From the NCBI RefSeq assembly GCF_006345805.1, contig NC_043000.1, positions 3,224,001 to 3,288,000 of the forward strand: DNA of 64,000 nt, in the 5' to 3' direction. The first letter of the stretch is position 1. Every line of letters starts with the position of its first letter. The position numbers and the translations under genes were made by a program. This document shows positions 48,595 to 61,325 of this stretch, piece after piece. The notes beneath the pieces are model-generated. The model was not told where the DNA came from and searched no databases. It worked only from the letters and a program-made list of their open reading frames with translations. The stretch is from Octopus sinensis. Taxonomy: Eukaryota.

Positions 48595-50207
48595 CTGTTC
48601 AGTGCAACAAATCCTCGAGATGAGAAGTGAAGTTATTACAAGAGAACAAGTCAAATAAGATTAGCAGTTAGATTGGTGAGTTGATTGCCAACAAAGATAG
48701 GCACATATCTCATTTGAATATATTCTTCCAATGAAACAACCACTCCAAGGAAATTTTATTCACGATACCTTTCGTTCTCTCTGTCCTTATATCGCTTTCT
48801 TTTTTTTTTTTCTTCTCTCTCTCTCTCTTTCCACTTTTAAGGATTATTGTCACAATTAAGGAAATACATTTTGCTCTTAATTCTAAGAGCTACTACAGAA
48901 ACAACAACAGCAACAACAACAACAACAGCAGCTACTACTACTAGTTGTAGTAGTAGTAGTAGAGCAGCTATTACATGTGTAAGTGGGAAGATAAAAATGC
49001 GTATTTGATAAGAAAGCGTTCATCAATGTTGTTAGTTGAGAGCATCAGTGATGAGTGATCGAAGCGACAGGGCGAAAGTAATCAATAAAACATAGTCAAC
49101 AATCTGATCAAGATGAAACTGCAGTCTAAAGATAAATGAAATATTTGAAGGGAAAAAAATATCAGTTGAACTATATCTTTCATAATAATTATCTTTAGTC
49201 TTTCTTCAGACAAATGAGGAGAGTTTTTAGTAATTTTATCAACTTAATCATCATTGCAGATAAGAAAACAGTAATTTAATTAAGAATATTATGAACTACT
49301 TCTTATATTGACAACAATGTCAAACATTTCATTAAGAAAATAAATTTACAAGAAATATAAAATCAATCAAGTTAAACCAGTAAAATTGAATATTTTCCCA
49401 AAGGAATATCTAATTTTTACTAATTCTTTAGTTAATGCAGCAAACTTGAATTTCAAATCATTCCAAGGTAAAAATAATCTTTTAATCTCATAAAATAATA
49501 AAGATATATAACTTTTTATTCACAAAATGATGAGATGACTGAAAGTTTTTTTTTTTTTTATGGAAGTACATATGCTAATTACAGTAACATAATTATTTCA
49601 GAAAACAGAATTGCTTGTCAGAGCTTCAAAGATGGAATGAAGTTTATGTTCTGAAGAAAGGGGTTTTATTCCGTAAACAGCAGGAACATAATCAGCTGAG
49701 TGTTCTAAAGGATGACTCGTATATTCAAGGTTACACAATTTTCTAAGTATTATTGATTTTACTTCAGTCACCTTGATGAGGAATTGTCAGTATAAATATC
49801 TCCACAATGGTTGTGCCATATAATTAAGGTTATTTTAACTTAGAGTTCTTTCATGTTCATTAAAGATTAGCAAACTAAAAATTAATGAAGTAAAGATTAA
49901 CAAAGTAATTTTCATGTTCAAAATAGGACAAGAAGCCTGTCAGTTGAAATAATATTTTAGTATAGGACTTGGAAATGTGGAGCACAATTTCTCAACTGCC
50001 ATAAAAATGTTTGGAATCACCTTGTAAGTTAATTCTGAAGAAGGTTGAGATTGTGTACTAATTGGTAGCAAACTTGATGTATATTGCCTTAAGTTTGTCA
50101 TTATAGATAGGAAAAATCTAAAGAATGTTATTGTTTAATGCCTGCGTCTCTCTAGCAAGTTCTTTGTCCTGCAAACATTAAACAGACCATAGTAATGAGG
50201 CAGCTAC

Positions 50208-50345
50208 CTCTTTTGACTATTTCTATGTGAAAATCTGAAATAGGTGTGACATCATTATGACCACTAGCCTGGTGGTCTACCGTTTCAATGATCTGAACAT
50301 ATTTCTGCATTGGGCCTGTAACAGCATGTTCTTGAAATGTCTGAT
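50208..50345 (-). CDS. Gene B coding exon (138 nt, phase 1-1): (D)QTFQEHAVTGPMQKYVQIIETVDHQASGHNDVTPISDFHIEIVKR(G)
   Basis: Acceptor tgctaaatttag|AT and donor AGAG|gtagct (weak). Phase matches the upstream exon. Confidence 0.55.
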
Positions 50346-52085
50346 CTAAATTTAGCAAACCCATTAGCATCAAGTTCGTCAAAGACAGTAACTACGTTTA
50401 GCAAATCTATTAATGCTAAACCCTTCACAGAGATTCAGAAACAATGAAATTCATGCTACCAAAGCTTTTAAAAAAATATTGAAGTGCATAACATAACTCA
50501 TGCTTTTCAATAAGGTGAATGGAATGCTTATTTGAATACTATATGGCTGAAAGGTCAAAGCAGTATTTCACTAGTCAGTGGAGTTCCAATGAATACTTAA
50601 GACACCCAACAGGCTAGTTTAAGCTAGCCAGATCATTAGTTAAGTGAATAGTCTATAGATCAATGCTGTAAGTTCACCTCCTAACTACCTACGATCTGTA
50701 GAAAAGTGATTATTAAAGTGAGTCAAGTTCTAGCTATTTATGATGATACTAGTGGAAGCAGTCGAAAGCAATAAAATTTGCTTTCCATAGTCTGTTCAAA
50801 TTAATGATACTATCTGTTAGCTGCAACTTCTGATAGAAGGGGTGGGATTTGAACTCAGAGTGCTCAGAGTCAGAACGGATACTGCAGAACATCCTGTCCA
50901 ATGCCTAAACAATTTCACCAATCTGCTGCTCTGAACTCATCTGAAGAATAAAGTCAGTAGTTAGGGTACAGAATAAGAGCATAGGTACATTAACCATGGA
51001 GTTCAGCTAGCATGGATACACACACTACAATGGTGTAAATTTACAGGGAACACTTGATCCAAAAGTAGATAGAACCCATAAGCAGAGAAAGTAACTTGGA
51101 GGGTCTCATGCCAGACACAGCTTTGCTGATATCAAGTACAACTTTTCATGAGTGAGAGATACTGACAAATGAAATAGAAGACCAAATCACCCAAGTTAAT
51201 ACTCTATGGAAACTAAATTGGTGATCACTGAGAATGGAGAGGCAACGTGACGATGAGGACATTTGTTTATATCTATGATCATCAGTTGGGAAATGCTGGA
51301 ATTGAAAGTAATAGGGTGGTAGTTAGCAGGAAATAACCATGTTTCGATAGACTGAGACAGATGCCTGTAGAGAGATCAGGAGATTGAAAAGGTTGGCAAG
51401 GATATGAGCTGCTTGTGCACTTTTTGAAGGTATTGGAAGAGATACTATCAGAATCAATAACCTCACTGGGTTGGAGTGATCACAGAAATTGTTGGTAAGA
51501 AAGAAGACTATAAAAGTATAAATACAATATAGATTTCTAATACTGGCACAAAGCCACAGATTTAGTGAGAGGTAAATAATCAATCAGATTGTCTCCTGTA
51601 GTAGACTAGTACTTATTTTAATCAATCTGTGTAAGGATGAATGGCAAAGTCAAAATTGATGGGATCTGAATTCAGAACATAAAACTGAATAGCACTAGGT
51701 ATTTTGTTTAATAAATTACTAATTCTACTGATCAACCATTCTCCAAAGTCTAAATTTAATGATAACAAACAATGACTTCTTCAGTGTAATATAAATCCTG
51801 AGTATAGTGTTATTATATCTTTCAATAGAAATGAAAAAAATAGGTGAAGTAGGATCTATCAGGAATTGAAATCAGATCATTCTATAAAAAATTACAGCTA
51901 TTTTAAGCACTTAATCCAATGATAGCAAGTAACCAGAAGTTTCCGTCCTTTCTTCCTTCCTGATGATCAGTTAGTAGTCATGTAATTAAATTAATTACAT
52001 GATTTTTCAACAACAGAGGTACGTATAAATGTGTAATCAACTTCATTGACTTCAAGGTATTATTATTATTATTATTCAGTAGTTT

Positions 52086-52734
52086 TATTTTTATAGCGTG
52101 CTTTCACTTCACTACCGAGCGCAGCTCTGTGTGCCCTGGGTATGTGCTGTGATTTGTTGTGATGCTCTGATGGTTATTGTATGGAAAGTGTTCTGCGTAG
52201 GATGTGTGCAGTGCCTAGTAGTGCAATTTTCTGTATGTTATATGTGTTTGTAAGTCCTGGTGTTTTTGTTATGTATTTGTCTGAATATTTTTTTATCATG
52301 CCTATTGCACCTACTATGATAGGAATTGTTTCTGTTTTCAGGTTCCACATTCTAGTTATCTCTATTTCCAGGTCTTTGTATTTTGAGAGTTTATCCATTT
52401 CTTTTAGAGACACGTTGTCATCTGCCGGTATTGATACATCAATTAGAAAGCATTTTTTTTCTTCATGATCTCTGACAACTATATCTGGTCTGTTGGCCTT
52501 AATTTCTCTATCTGTGTGTATCGGCATATCCCAGAGTATGGTTGCTTTCTCGTTTTCTGTGACCTTTTCTGGTGTGTGCCTATACCATCTTTTTTCTGTT
52601 GTTATTCCATAATGTTGGCATAGCTTCCAATGTATGTAGGTTCCAACTCTGTCATGTCTGTGAATATATTCCTTCTTAGCCAGGACTGGGCAGCTAGAGA
52701 TAATATGATTTATTGTTTCTTGTCCATCTCCACA

Positions 52735-52737
<3 letters not shown>
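52086..52737 (-). mobile_element. Young 5'-truncated R4/Dong-like LINE with an intact ~188-codon C-terminal frame (52737-52174)
   Basis: ICGDGQETINHIISSCPVLAKKEYIHRHDRV...ANRPDIVVRD...LIDVSIPADDN..KLSKYKDLEIEI...LQ/IQKIALLGTAHILRR. (AAT)n on both sides. Confidence 0.9.
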
Positions 52738-52791
<54 letters not shown>

Positions 52792-53557
52792 TATTATTAT
52801 TATTATTATTACTAAGGTGGCAAGCTAGCAGAGTCATTAGCATGCCAAGTGAAATACTTAGTGGCATTTTGTCCATCTTTATGGTCTGAGTTGAAATTCC
52901 ACCATGGTCAACTTTGCCTTTCATGTCATGATTATCGATATCCAGTTCTTGTACCACCCACACCAACCACAGGAACTGAACTCAGCAATGCAATTAACAA
53001 AGAGGGGACCTCTATATCATTGCATGCCCTGCAATAATTTATTACAACAAATCACACTGCATTTACTTAAATAAGGAAACAACAGATAGTGTAGTCCATC
53101 ATACCACTAAAAAGAAAAGAGGATCATGATTGGAATACCTTTAATCATAGGTTTTCTCAATCAAGGTTTATCTGGGGTTAATTAACAACAAACTTCTAGA
53201 GGAGTTGAACTGAGCACTGCAATTTTATAGTTTTGTCACAGCTTACAGCAGCAAATTGTTCTTTCCTTTTTGATGCCAGTTTACATGTAGGATATGAACT
53301 ATAAGCTTTTCAGTTAGTTCTCTGATGCCTTTTCTACTTAGTAAGCCATTCTTCTTTAACCCAGACTATTCTTATTACTAATATGAAAATAGATAAATAA
53401 ATCAATAAACTGTGATTTATATAACTGAATAACAATAAATGAGTTTGATAAGCGATTAATGCCTAAGTACCATCACTTTAAAAATGAATTCATGCCCGGA
53501 ATATCTTGAGTAAGAAAATCAATCAATACTGAGTTTGAAAATTAGTCTAAGTCTTAC

Positions 53558-53708
53558 CATCTGGAGTTAAAGGCCCTATGTAGGAAGCTTGACCCCCTTG
53601 TGATGTCAAATGATCAAAGCAATTATAGGGTGCAGAGAAGTTCAATGCAGAGAAAACTACATAGCTGAATCTGGTATGATTATGGCAGGACTCAAATGAA
53701 TAGCAATT
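53558..53708 (-). CDS. Gene B coding exon (151 nt, phase 0-1): NCYSFESCHNHTRFSYVVFSALNFSAPYNCFDHLTSQGGQASYIGPLTPD; product unidentified
   Basis: Acceptor ctttattgatctcttttag|AAT and donor GATG|gtaaga. Only one frame is open, and the peptide is complex. Confidence 0.65.
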
Positions 53709-55838
53709 CTAAAAGAGATCAATAAAGAATTGAACTAACACACACTGGACTCATTATATTACCATAATCCACTATTATCATTAATTTCTTTCCAACAAAA
53801 ACAAATGGCTTTGAACGGCTAACAGACTTGAAAGGGGGGTTATAAATGAAAGTGGCTTGTAATGAATTGCATGAGAAAACTGGCTTTAAGTTGTAGATGT
53901 ATGAAGAAAGAAGGTTTTAATACATTGGTTATGTTTGTAAATTGTGGTGCAGTGAATAAATGCTATACATTCACTTTGTTGATGAATATTACCAGCCATC
54001 ACTGTAGGAGAGCGGATGAAGAGAAGAAACAATTGTCTGCAGTCACCAGTTTGTGCAATGAAATATGGCTCTGATTTCCTTTCAATATAACATGAAAGTC
54101 TGTTTGGTTATATAAAGTAACAATGGGAAACACAAAAGATAGTTCCCATCGTCAATGTTTGCCACAGTGGGAAAACAGACATTAAAGTGAAAATGTTGAA
54201 AACAATAGTAATGAATTTTCTTAGCATAGCAGAGCACTGGGCATTTGTTTCACTTTTAAAATATTGCATTACCAAACAAAGGATTATTATCTCATATCCT
54301 TAGCTTCCTAGGTTGTATAGGAGGAAAAACGAGAAAGAATATGCTGAGAAGCCAAAATGTGGTAGAAATACAATACAAATAGATTTTATAGACAAATGAA
54401 ATGAAAATTGTATAAAAGTAAAATTTTATAACACTTAAGTTGATCATTCTTAAATTATTAGTCAAAACAGCTGTAATGCTGTTTTAGTCTTTGATTATTA
54501 ATGATATATTTCATGTTATCTTTGTAAGAACAAATGGAAGTAAACAAAAGCAGTAGAGAGGGGCTCCCTAAAGTGTGTTTATGACTTTAAGATAATTCCA
54601 TCTATATTTTGTCAAATGATTATGATACATTCAGCACCTGTACTTGTTTTAAACAGTAAATACTGTTGGTCACATTCATACTGACTGTCAATATTTTTAT
54701 TAACTTTTCTGTAAACATTCTTGATGTAAATATTTCCATTGTAAACATTCCTGGCTATATAATATGGAAGATATAGAGAACTTCTAAGCTAGATTGAACA
54801 TAAAGATTATTTCTGAAAAATCAATATTTACAGTAAGGTTAAATAAAGGATTCTGCATTAGATGGGGTTATATTAGTACTGTCAATGTTATTACTGACAA
54901 ACAATCACTCAACTGTCCAGCAGATGCAATGACTACCTATTTCCCCTCAACTACCACAGAATATCAATAGGAATAAATGGAATGGTCAATAGAGAATGGC
55001 CAGTAGTAGTTTCAGTTTTATGACAGAACAGAATGTTATATTAGAACATAAAGATTGAGATAACTGAAGAGAATCAAGAAATTTTTTTTTTTTTTATTTT
55101 TTTTTTATTATGCTTGAAGACATTGGCAAAAATTTCTTTATTCATCATACACTGATGAGAACTGGACACATATTCAGTAGAAGAATAGCCAGGGAAACAG
55201 ATGGTATGTTTATCATAAAGGTAAGAGAAAGAGAAATACTATGTATTTGGCAGTAGAGCTCTTGGCTCTACTGCCAAATTGTTGATAAAGTAAATTCTCT
55301 ATTTTACCTAATTTTTCCAGTGACAACTGAGGCTTAATATTTTACATATTATTATTAGATTATTGCCGAAAGGGTTAGTTTAAACATCTGTTTCAATCAT
55401 GTTATTTTGTCAATATGTCCTTTTCAATACAAATGAAAAACAACTCTTTCAATTCTGTACACTGCTATTTCCTTGTCTTCAATCTTAATACTACATGCTA
55501 AATAGACAATATATTATATCCATGCTTGTAATTCTTGATTGATTACCTCATTTATATATCATTAACACTTACTTTATACATCCTCCAGCACCAATATTTA
55601 TGAAACCTGTTCTTTGTTATAATTAGGTAAATTATGTTGTGCATATTCTAAGCTATATATTCAAAACTTCCATAATTTTCTTACAAATTTTTTATTATCT
55701 GTTCAGTCAATATTATCATTTAATCTTCTATCAAATGTAAAACATTCTCCAGTAGCTTTACATATTTATCTATCACTGACGCCATGAAACATCAGCTGAT
55801 GAGTGTTGCCAGCCACACCCAATTAAAACAGGCTTTAA

Positions 55839-56453
55839 CTCTTCAGCATTTAAAACCAGCCATATCTGGTTTAAATATTCTACTTGTTTTATGCTGAAAG
55901 CAATCAGATCTAGTCTCTTTTACCTACTCAACAATGTCATTTTGAAAATATACAATCATATCGTTGAAATCTCAAAGCTATGAGATAATGCAGGATTAAT
56001 TCAAAACAACGTCAATAAATATGCATTACATTTGGCAGAGTAATCTGAACTTGGAAGCACTCCGTCGGTCACGACGACGAGGGTTCCGGTTGATCCGAAT
56101 CAACGGAACAGCCTGCTCGTGAAATTAACGTGTAAGTGGCTGAGCACTCCACAGACACGTGTACCCTTAACGTAGTTCTCGGGGATATTCAGCGTGACAC
56201 AGAGAGTGACAAGGCCGGCCCTTTGAAATACAAGTACAACAGAAACAGGAAGTAAGAGTGAGAGAAAGTTGTGGTGGAAAGAGTACAGCAGGGATCACCA
56301 CCATCCCCTGCCGGAGCCTCGTGGAGCTTTTAGGTGTTTTCGCTCAATAAACACTCACAACGCCCGGTCTGGGAATCGAAACCGCAATCCTATGACTGCT
56401 GCCCTAACCACTGGGCCATTGCGCCTCCACAGAGTAATCTGATTACTAAAGGG
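55839..56453. mobile_element. piggyBac MITE subfamily 2 with nested SINE
   Basis: TTAA|ctcttcagc ... actaaaggg|TTAA. Confidence 0.8.
56049..56429 (-). mobile_element. Full-length SINE family C (same tail as 4232)
   Basis: Near-identical reverse complement of 4232-4617. 13-bp TSD cagagtaatctga at 56036-56048 and 56430-56442. Confidence 0.9.
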
Positions 56454-57729
56454 TTAAATGGACTAATGAAAATTAATTCACAAATGTATAGATTGCATAC
56501 AATAGTTCCTTGGTCAGAAAGCTGTTCATTTTTCTTAGAAAAATTAACTCTATGGATGCCAGCTGACTGAATGAAAAAACACTCTTAGTTGTATTATGTA
56601 ATACAGACTTCACTGCGAAAGAGGAATCGATAAATACACTCTTCCATAAGACATAGCAACTTTAAAGGTTTCAAGTAACAGGTCCACCACTCAAGATCTA
56701 TTAAAATATTAAAAGTAATACATTGGGACAGCAATGAAAGAAAAGTACTCATATGAAGACATAAATGTAGTTGGATAGAAGTATTGTAGAGTTAGTCTTT
56801 GTAAATAGTAAAATTCTCTTATTCTAATTGAATGAGAGAATAATGGAGTGGTTCTTGAAATGTTTAAAGAGGAAATTGATTTTAGATCTCCAATTAAAAC
56901 ATTGTAGAGAGATTCAGCTGTATAACTCTACTGAAAGTAAATATTATAGTAAGAGTAAATGAAACAAAATGAAAAAAATATATTTATTTTTGAGTGGAGA
57001 GTAAGGATATCCATAATGAATACAAAAATATTTCAATAAAATAAAATAAAATAAAATAAATACAAATTGTAATGTATAATCATTAATTTAGTATTCTAGC
57101 ATGTTAGTCATAGAATTTCAATGGCGGCAGTAGAAATTGAATGGCAGTAGAGAATAACTGGTCAAATACTGATAGAAACTAGCTTTCTTAGTTTTGTATT
57201 TGTTTCATAAGATATATGTTCAAGAAGAAGGGCCATATGCAAATGAAGGAAGAAACTATAGAACTATAAAGTCTACCTATACAAGGGGAAACATAACTGT
57301 ATCCTTGAGTCGTTAATCTTAAGTCAATGTTGTTGATTGAATAAAGCAAAAAGAAATATCATAGATCATAAAACTAATGCTTGGTTAAAGAAATATATCT
57401 CAGTTTTAATTGGAACACAAATAATGCTTAAGCGGATCTGATCTTTTTAAATAGATTACAAAAAATGTTTAATAAAGAATTAAACATTATAAAAATGAAG
57501 GTTTGATAAATGTTTATGGTTAAATAGTGGAAAACATTAATGTAAAATTAATTACTGTTCATTTGGATCTAATTAATTATGCAAATTAATTAAGACTAGA
57601 AAAAAAAACAATAATTAGTTCGGTTTAAATTCGTTTAAAAATCACATAATCCATTGGGCCAGCACTTTACTTCTCCTTTTCCTTCACCATCATCATCACC
57701 ACCATCACACCATCCTCATCATCACCATC

Positions 57730-57965
57730 ACTATTGTTGTTTCAACATCTATTTTCCCATACTTGTAAGAGTTTACTGAAGAGTATACAAAAGCAGATTT
57801 TCTATGGCTGGATACCCTTCCTGTCATCAATCCTTACTCGTTTCCAAGCAAGGTAATATTTCCCCATGTCCAGAAGTTTTTTTTACATTTTGTTTTTGCC
57901 GAATATTTTTAATGAATGATGTTCAATCACAACAATCATGCAATGCCAAGAGAACACACACGCAT

Positions 57966-58010
<45 letters not shown>

Positions 58011-58646
58011 ACACACACACGCACACACACACGCTCACGCACACACACATTCAATGGGCTTCTTTCAGATCGATGAAATCCACCACAAAGCTTTGATTTG
58101 CCTGCGGCTATATTACAAGACAGCATTGTGCCACACAGTGGGACTGAACCCGAAACTATGCAGTCACACCTGCACCTACATTTCAGTAACAATAAATAAA
58201 AATAGAGAAATCTCCTTTAGGTCATCAGTATATCGCAATTACCTTAACCCCATAAATCCATCACAACCTGGAAATTAAGGTACATAATAAAAAGTGTCCT
58301 ATTTTGGGATAGAATAAAAAAAAAGACCAACAGCAAATTTGAACTTGTAAATAATATTTTAGTCACTTGAGATGATGGATACTCGCAATATCTTCTTCTT
58401 CATCACCCTACCCCACCCACACCACCACACCACACCACCATCATCATCAACATCATTATTATTTAACGTCCACTTTCTCATGCTTGCATGGGTTAGACAG
58501 TTGCTGAGGTAGCTTTTTTGTGTGGCTTAATGCTCTTCCTATCACCAACTCTCACTGGTTTCCAAGCAAAGTAATGTCCCCCATAGCAAGCCTTGTTACA
58601 ACCATTACATGAAGTAAAGGAGGAGACAGTAGACACACACACATAT

Positions 58647-58682
<36 letters not shown>

Positions 58683-58860
58683 ACATGCACACACACACAC
58701 ACACAAGAGACTTCTTTCAATTTCCGTCTACCAAACCCACTCACATAGCTTTGGTTGGCTTTAGTAAATGACACTTTCCCAAGGTGCTTCATAGTGGGAC
58801 TGAACCAGGGACCATATGGTTGGGAAGCAAACATCTTACTCTACAGTCAAATCTGTGCGG
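57730..58860 (-). mobile_element. Cluster of old RTE-like 3' ends (57730-57900, 58440-58600) and SINE-B head halves (58060-58180, 58700-58860) with (CA)n
   Basis: Diverged family motifs. Confidence 0.55.
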
Positions 58861-59089
58861 CTTCATACTTTTTCATTCCCTGCCTGTCTCTTTTTTTTTT
58901 TTTACTCAACAAGTCCTAACTATAGTTAAATGTTGGGCTGATGAAGAGTTAACAGACATTAAGATCAAGAGAATAATACCATAAACAAATTCAAAGATTA
59001 TTTTATTGTGGTACAACAATATTTGTGATAGAAAAATCTTATACTTTTTCCATTTGGCCAATGGTTAAATCAATAACACTTACAAGGTA

Positions 59090-59525
59090 GCCAGCTGGTA
59101 GAATTGCTAGCACACTGGATGAAATGCTTAGTGGTATTTCACCTGCTGAAGGCGGTGAGCTGACAGAAACGCTAATGCAAAGGGCGGAATGCCTAACGGT
59201 ATTTCGTCTGCCACTACGTTCTGAGTTCAAATTCCGTCGAGGTCAACTTTACCTTTCATCCTTTTGGGGTCGATTAAATAAGTACCAGTTACGCACTGGG
59301 GTCGATATAATCAACTTAATCCGTTTGTCTGTCCTTGTTTGTCCTCTCTGTGTTTAACCCCTTGTGGGTAGTAAAGAAATAGGTATTTCACCTGTTGCTA
59401 TGTTCTGAGTTCAAATTCCACCAAGATTGACCTTGCCTTTTATCCTTTCAGAGTCAATAAATTAAGTACCAGTAAAACACTGGGGTTGATGCAATTGAAT
59501 AGTCCCCTCCTCCAAAAATTTGAGG
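59090..59525 (+). mobile_element. Tandem or nested SINE-E copies
   Basis: Repeated gctggcagaa heads and gagttcaaattcc B boxes. Confidence 0.8.
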
Positions 59526-59551
59526 CTTTGTGCTTTTAGTAGAAAAGATGT

Positions 59552-60084
59552 ATCATTAACACTTACTTTATATCCTCCAACACCAATATTTATGAAACCT
59601 GCTTTTTGTTATTTATAATTAGGTAAATTATGTTCTGCATACTCTAAGTTATATATTTAACACTTTCATAATTTACTTACATATTCTTTATTATCTGTTC
59701 AACCAATATTATCATTTGGCGTTAGGAAGGGCATCCAGCTGTAGAAACACTGCCAGATCTGACTGGCCTGGTGTAGCCTTCGGGCTTGCCAGACCCCAGT
59801 TGAACCGTCCAACCCATGCTAGCATGGAAAGCGGACGTTAAACGATGATGATGATGATGAATCTTCTATTACATGTAAAACACTCTCCAGTAGCTTTACA
59901 TATTTTTTTTTTATCACTGATACAATGAAACATCAGCTGATGAGTGTTGCCAGCCACACCCAACTAAAACAAGCTGTAAATGAACTAATGGAAATTAATA
60001 CACAAATGAATAGATTGCATACAATAGTTCCTTGGTTAGAAAGCTGTTCATTTTGCTAAGAAATATTAACTCTATGGATGCCAT
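59552..60084 (+). repeat. Local duplication copy 2, containing an RTE 3' fragment (59717-59860)
   Basis: Paralogous to 55558-55835 plus 56455-56560. Confidence 0.85.
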
Positions 60085-60186
60085 AGTCTAGCTTCACTTA
60101 ATCAAACTTAGAATCAAAGGCATTCCTGTTGTGACTATCCCATCTTTTTTCATTGTCAGGTTTATTTCCAGGACTACATTATACAA

Positions 60187-60596
60187 AGGCGTAAGAGTGG
60201 CTGTGTGGTAAGTAGCTTGCTTACCAACCACATGGTTCTGAGTTCAGTCCCACTGCATGGCACCTTGGGCGAGTGTCTTCTACTATAGCCTCGGGCTGAC
60301 CAAAGCCTTGTGAGTGGATTTGGTAGATGGAAACTGAAAAGAAGCCCCTTGTATATATGTATATGTATGTATGTATGTGTGTGTATATGTTTGTGTGTCT
60401 GTGTTTGTCCCCACAACATCGCATGACAACCGATGTTGGTGTGTTTATGTCCCCGTCACTTAGCGGTTTGACAAAAGAGACCAATGGAATAAGTACTAGG
60501 CTTACAAAGAATAAGTCCTGGGGTTGATTCGCTCGACTAAAGGTGGTGCTCCAGCATGGCCACAGTCAAATGACTGAAACAGGTAAAAGAGTAAAG
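60187..60596 (+). mobile_element. Full-length SINE family B
   Basis: Family motifs. Confidence 0.88.
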
Positions 60597-60976
60597 CATT
60601 TTTCCTTTTTGTTTTTTTAAAAATGCTAGGTTATGATTTGAGGGAGATTTGGTTGCTATTTCTAGCAAATATAATGACCACATAGAAACACCCCCACCTC
60701 TAAACAGTTTGATATATTCAATTGCAGATAGATATTACGAAAAATATCAAGTCTTTTTGCTTGCTTGTTCTATTTTTAATATATTTCATTTCAATGGAAT
60801 ACTTAAGCAGTTATGTGCACATCACTTAACCAACTGACATTATTCACTGTTGTTCTTGTTTCTCTATTATATAATCTTCACTTCATACAGAAAGAGAAAC
60901 TCTTCACTTCCAACAGTGATGTAAGTACTCTAAACTTCCTCTACTGTCTATGAATCCAACCTAATCCCTTGTTATA

Positions 60977-61325
60977 CATCATCATCATCATCGTTTAACG
61001 TCCGTTCTCCATGCTAGCATGGGTTGGACGGTTCGACCGGGGATCTGGGAAGCCAGAAGGCTGCACCAGGATCCGGTCTTATCTGGCAAAGTTTCTACCA
61101 TGGATGCCCTTCCTAACGCCAACCACTCCGTGAGTGTAGTGGGTGCTTTTTACGTGCCACCTGCACTGGTGCCAGGCGAGGCTGGCATCGGCCACGCTCG
61201 GATTGGTGCATTTTATGGAAGCCAGTCGAGGCGGCACTGGCTTCGGCTACGATTCGGATGGTGCTTTTTACGTGCCACCGACACGGAAGCCAGTCAAGGC
61301 GGCGCTGGCATCGGCCACAATTCGG
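60977..61325 (-). mobile_element. RTE family-A 3' end, 2-3 units
   Basis: Family motifs. Confidence 0.8.

Larger units (their letters stand above)
55558..56560 (+). repeat. Local duplication copy 1 (paralog 59552-60084) containing a piggyBac MITE with a nested SINE-C
   Basis: Collinear unique sequence on both sides of the insertions. Confidence 0.85.

Noticed and set aside
53990-54085. Possible extra gene B exon (KSEPYFIAQTGDCRQLFLLFIRSPTVMA)
   Set aside because: Its best donor is phase 1 while the next exon needs phase 0, so it is not supportable without RNA data.
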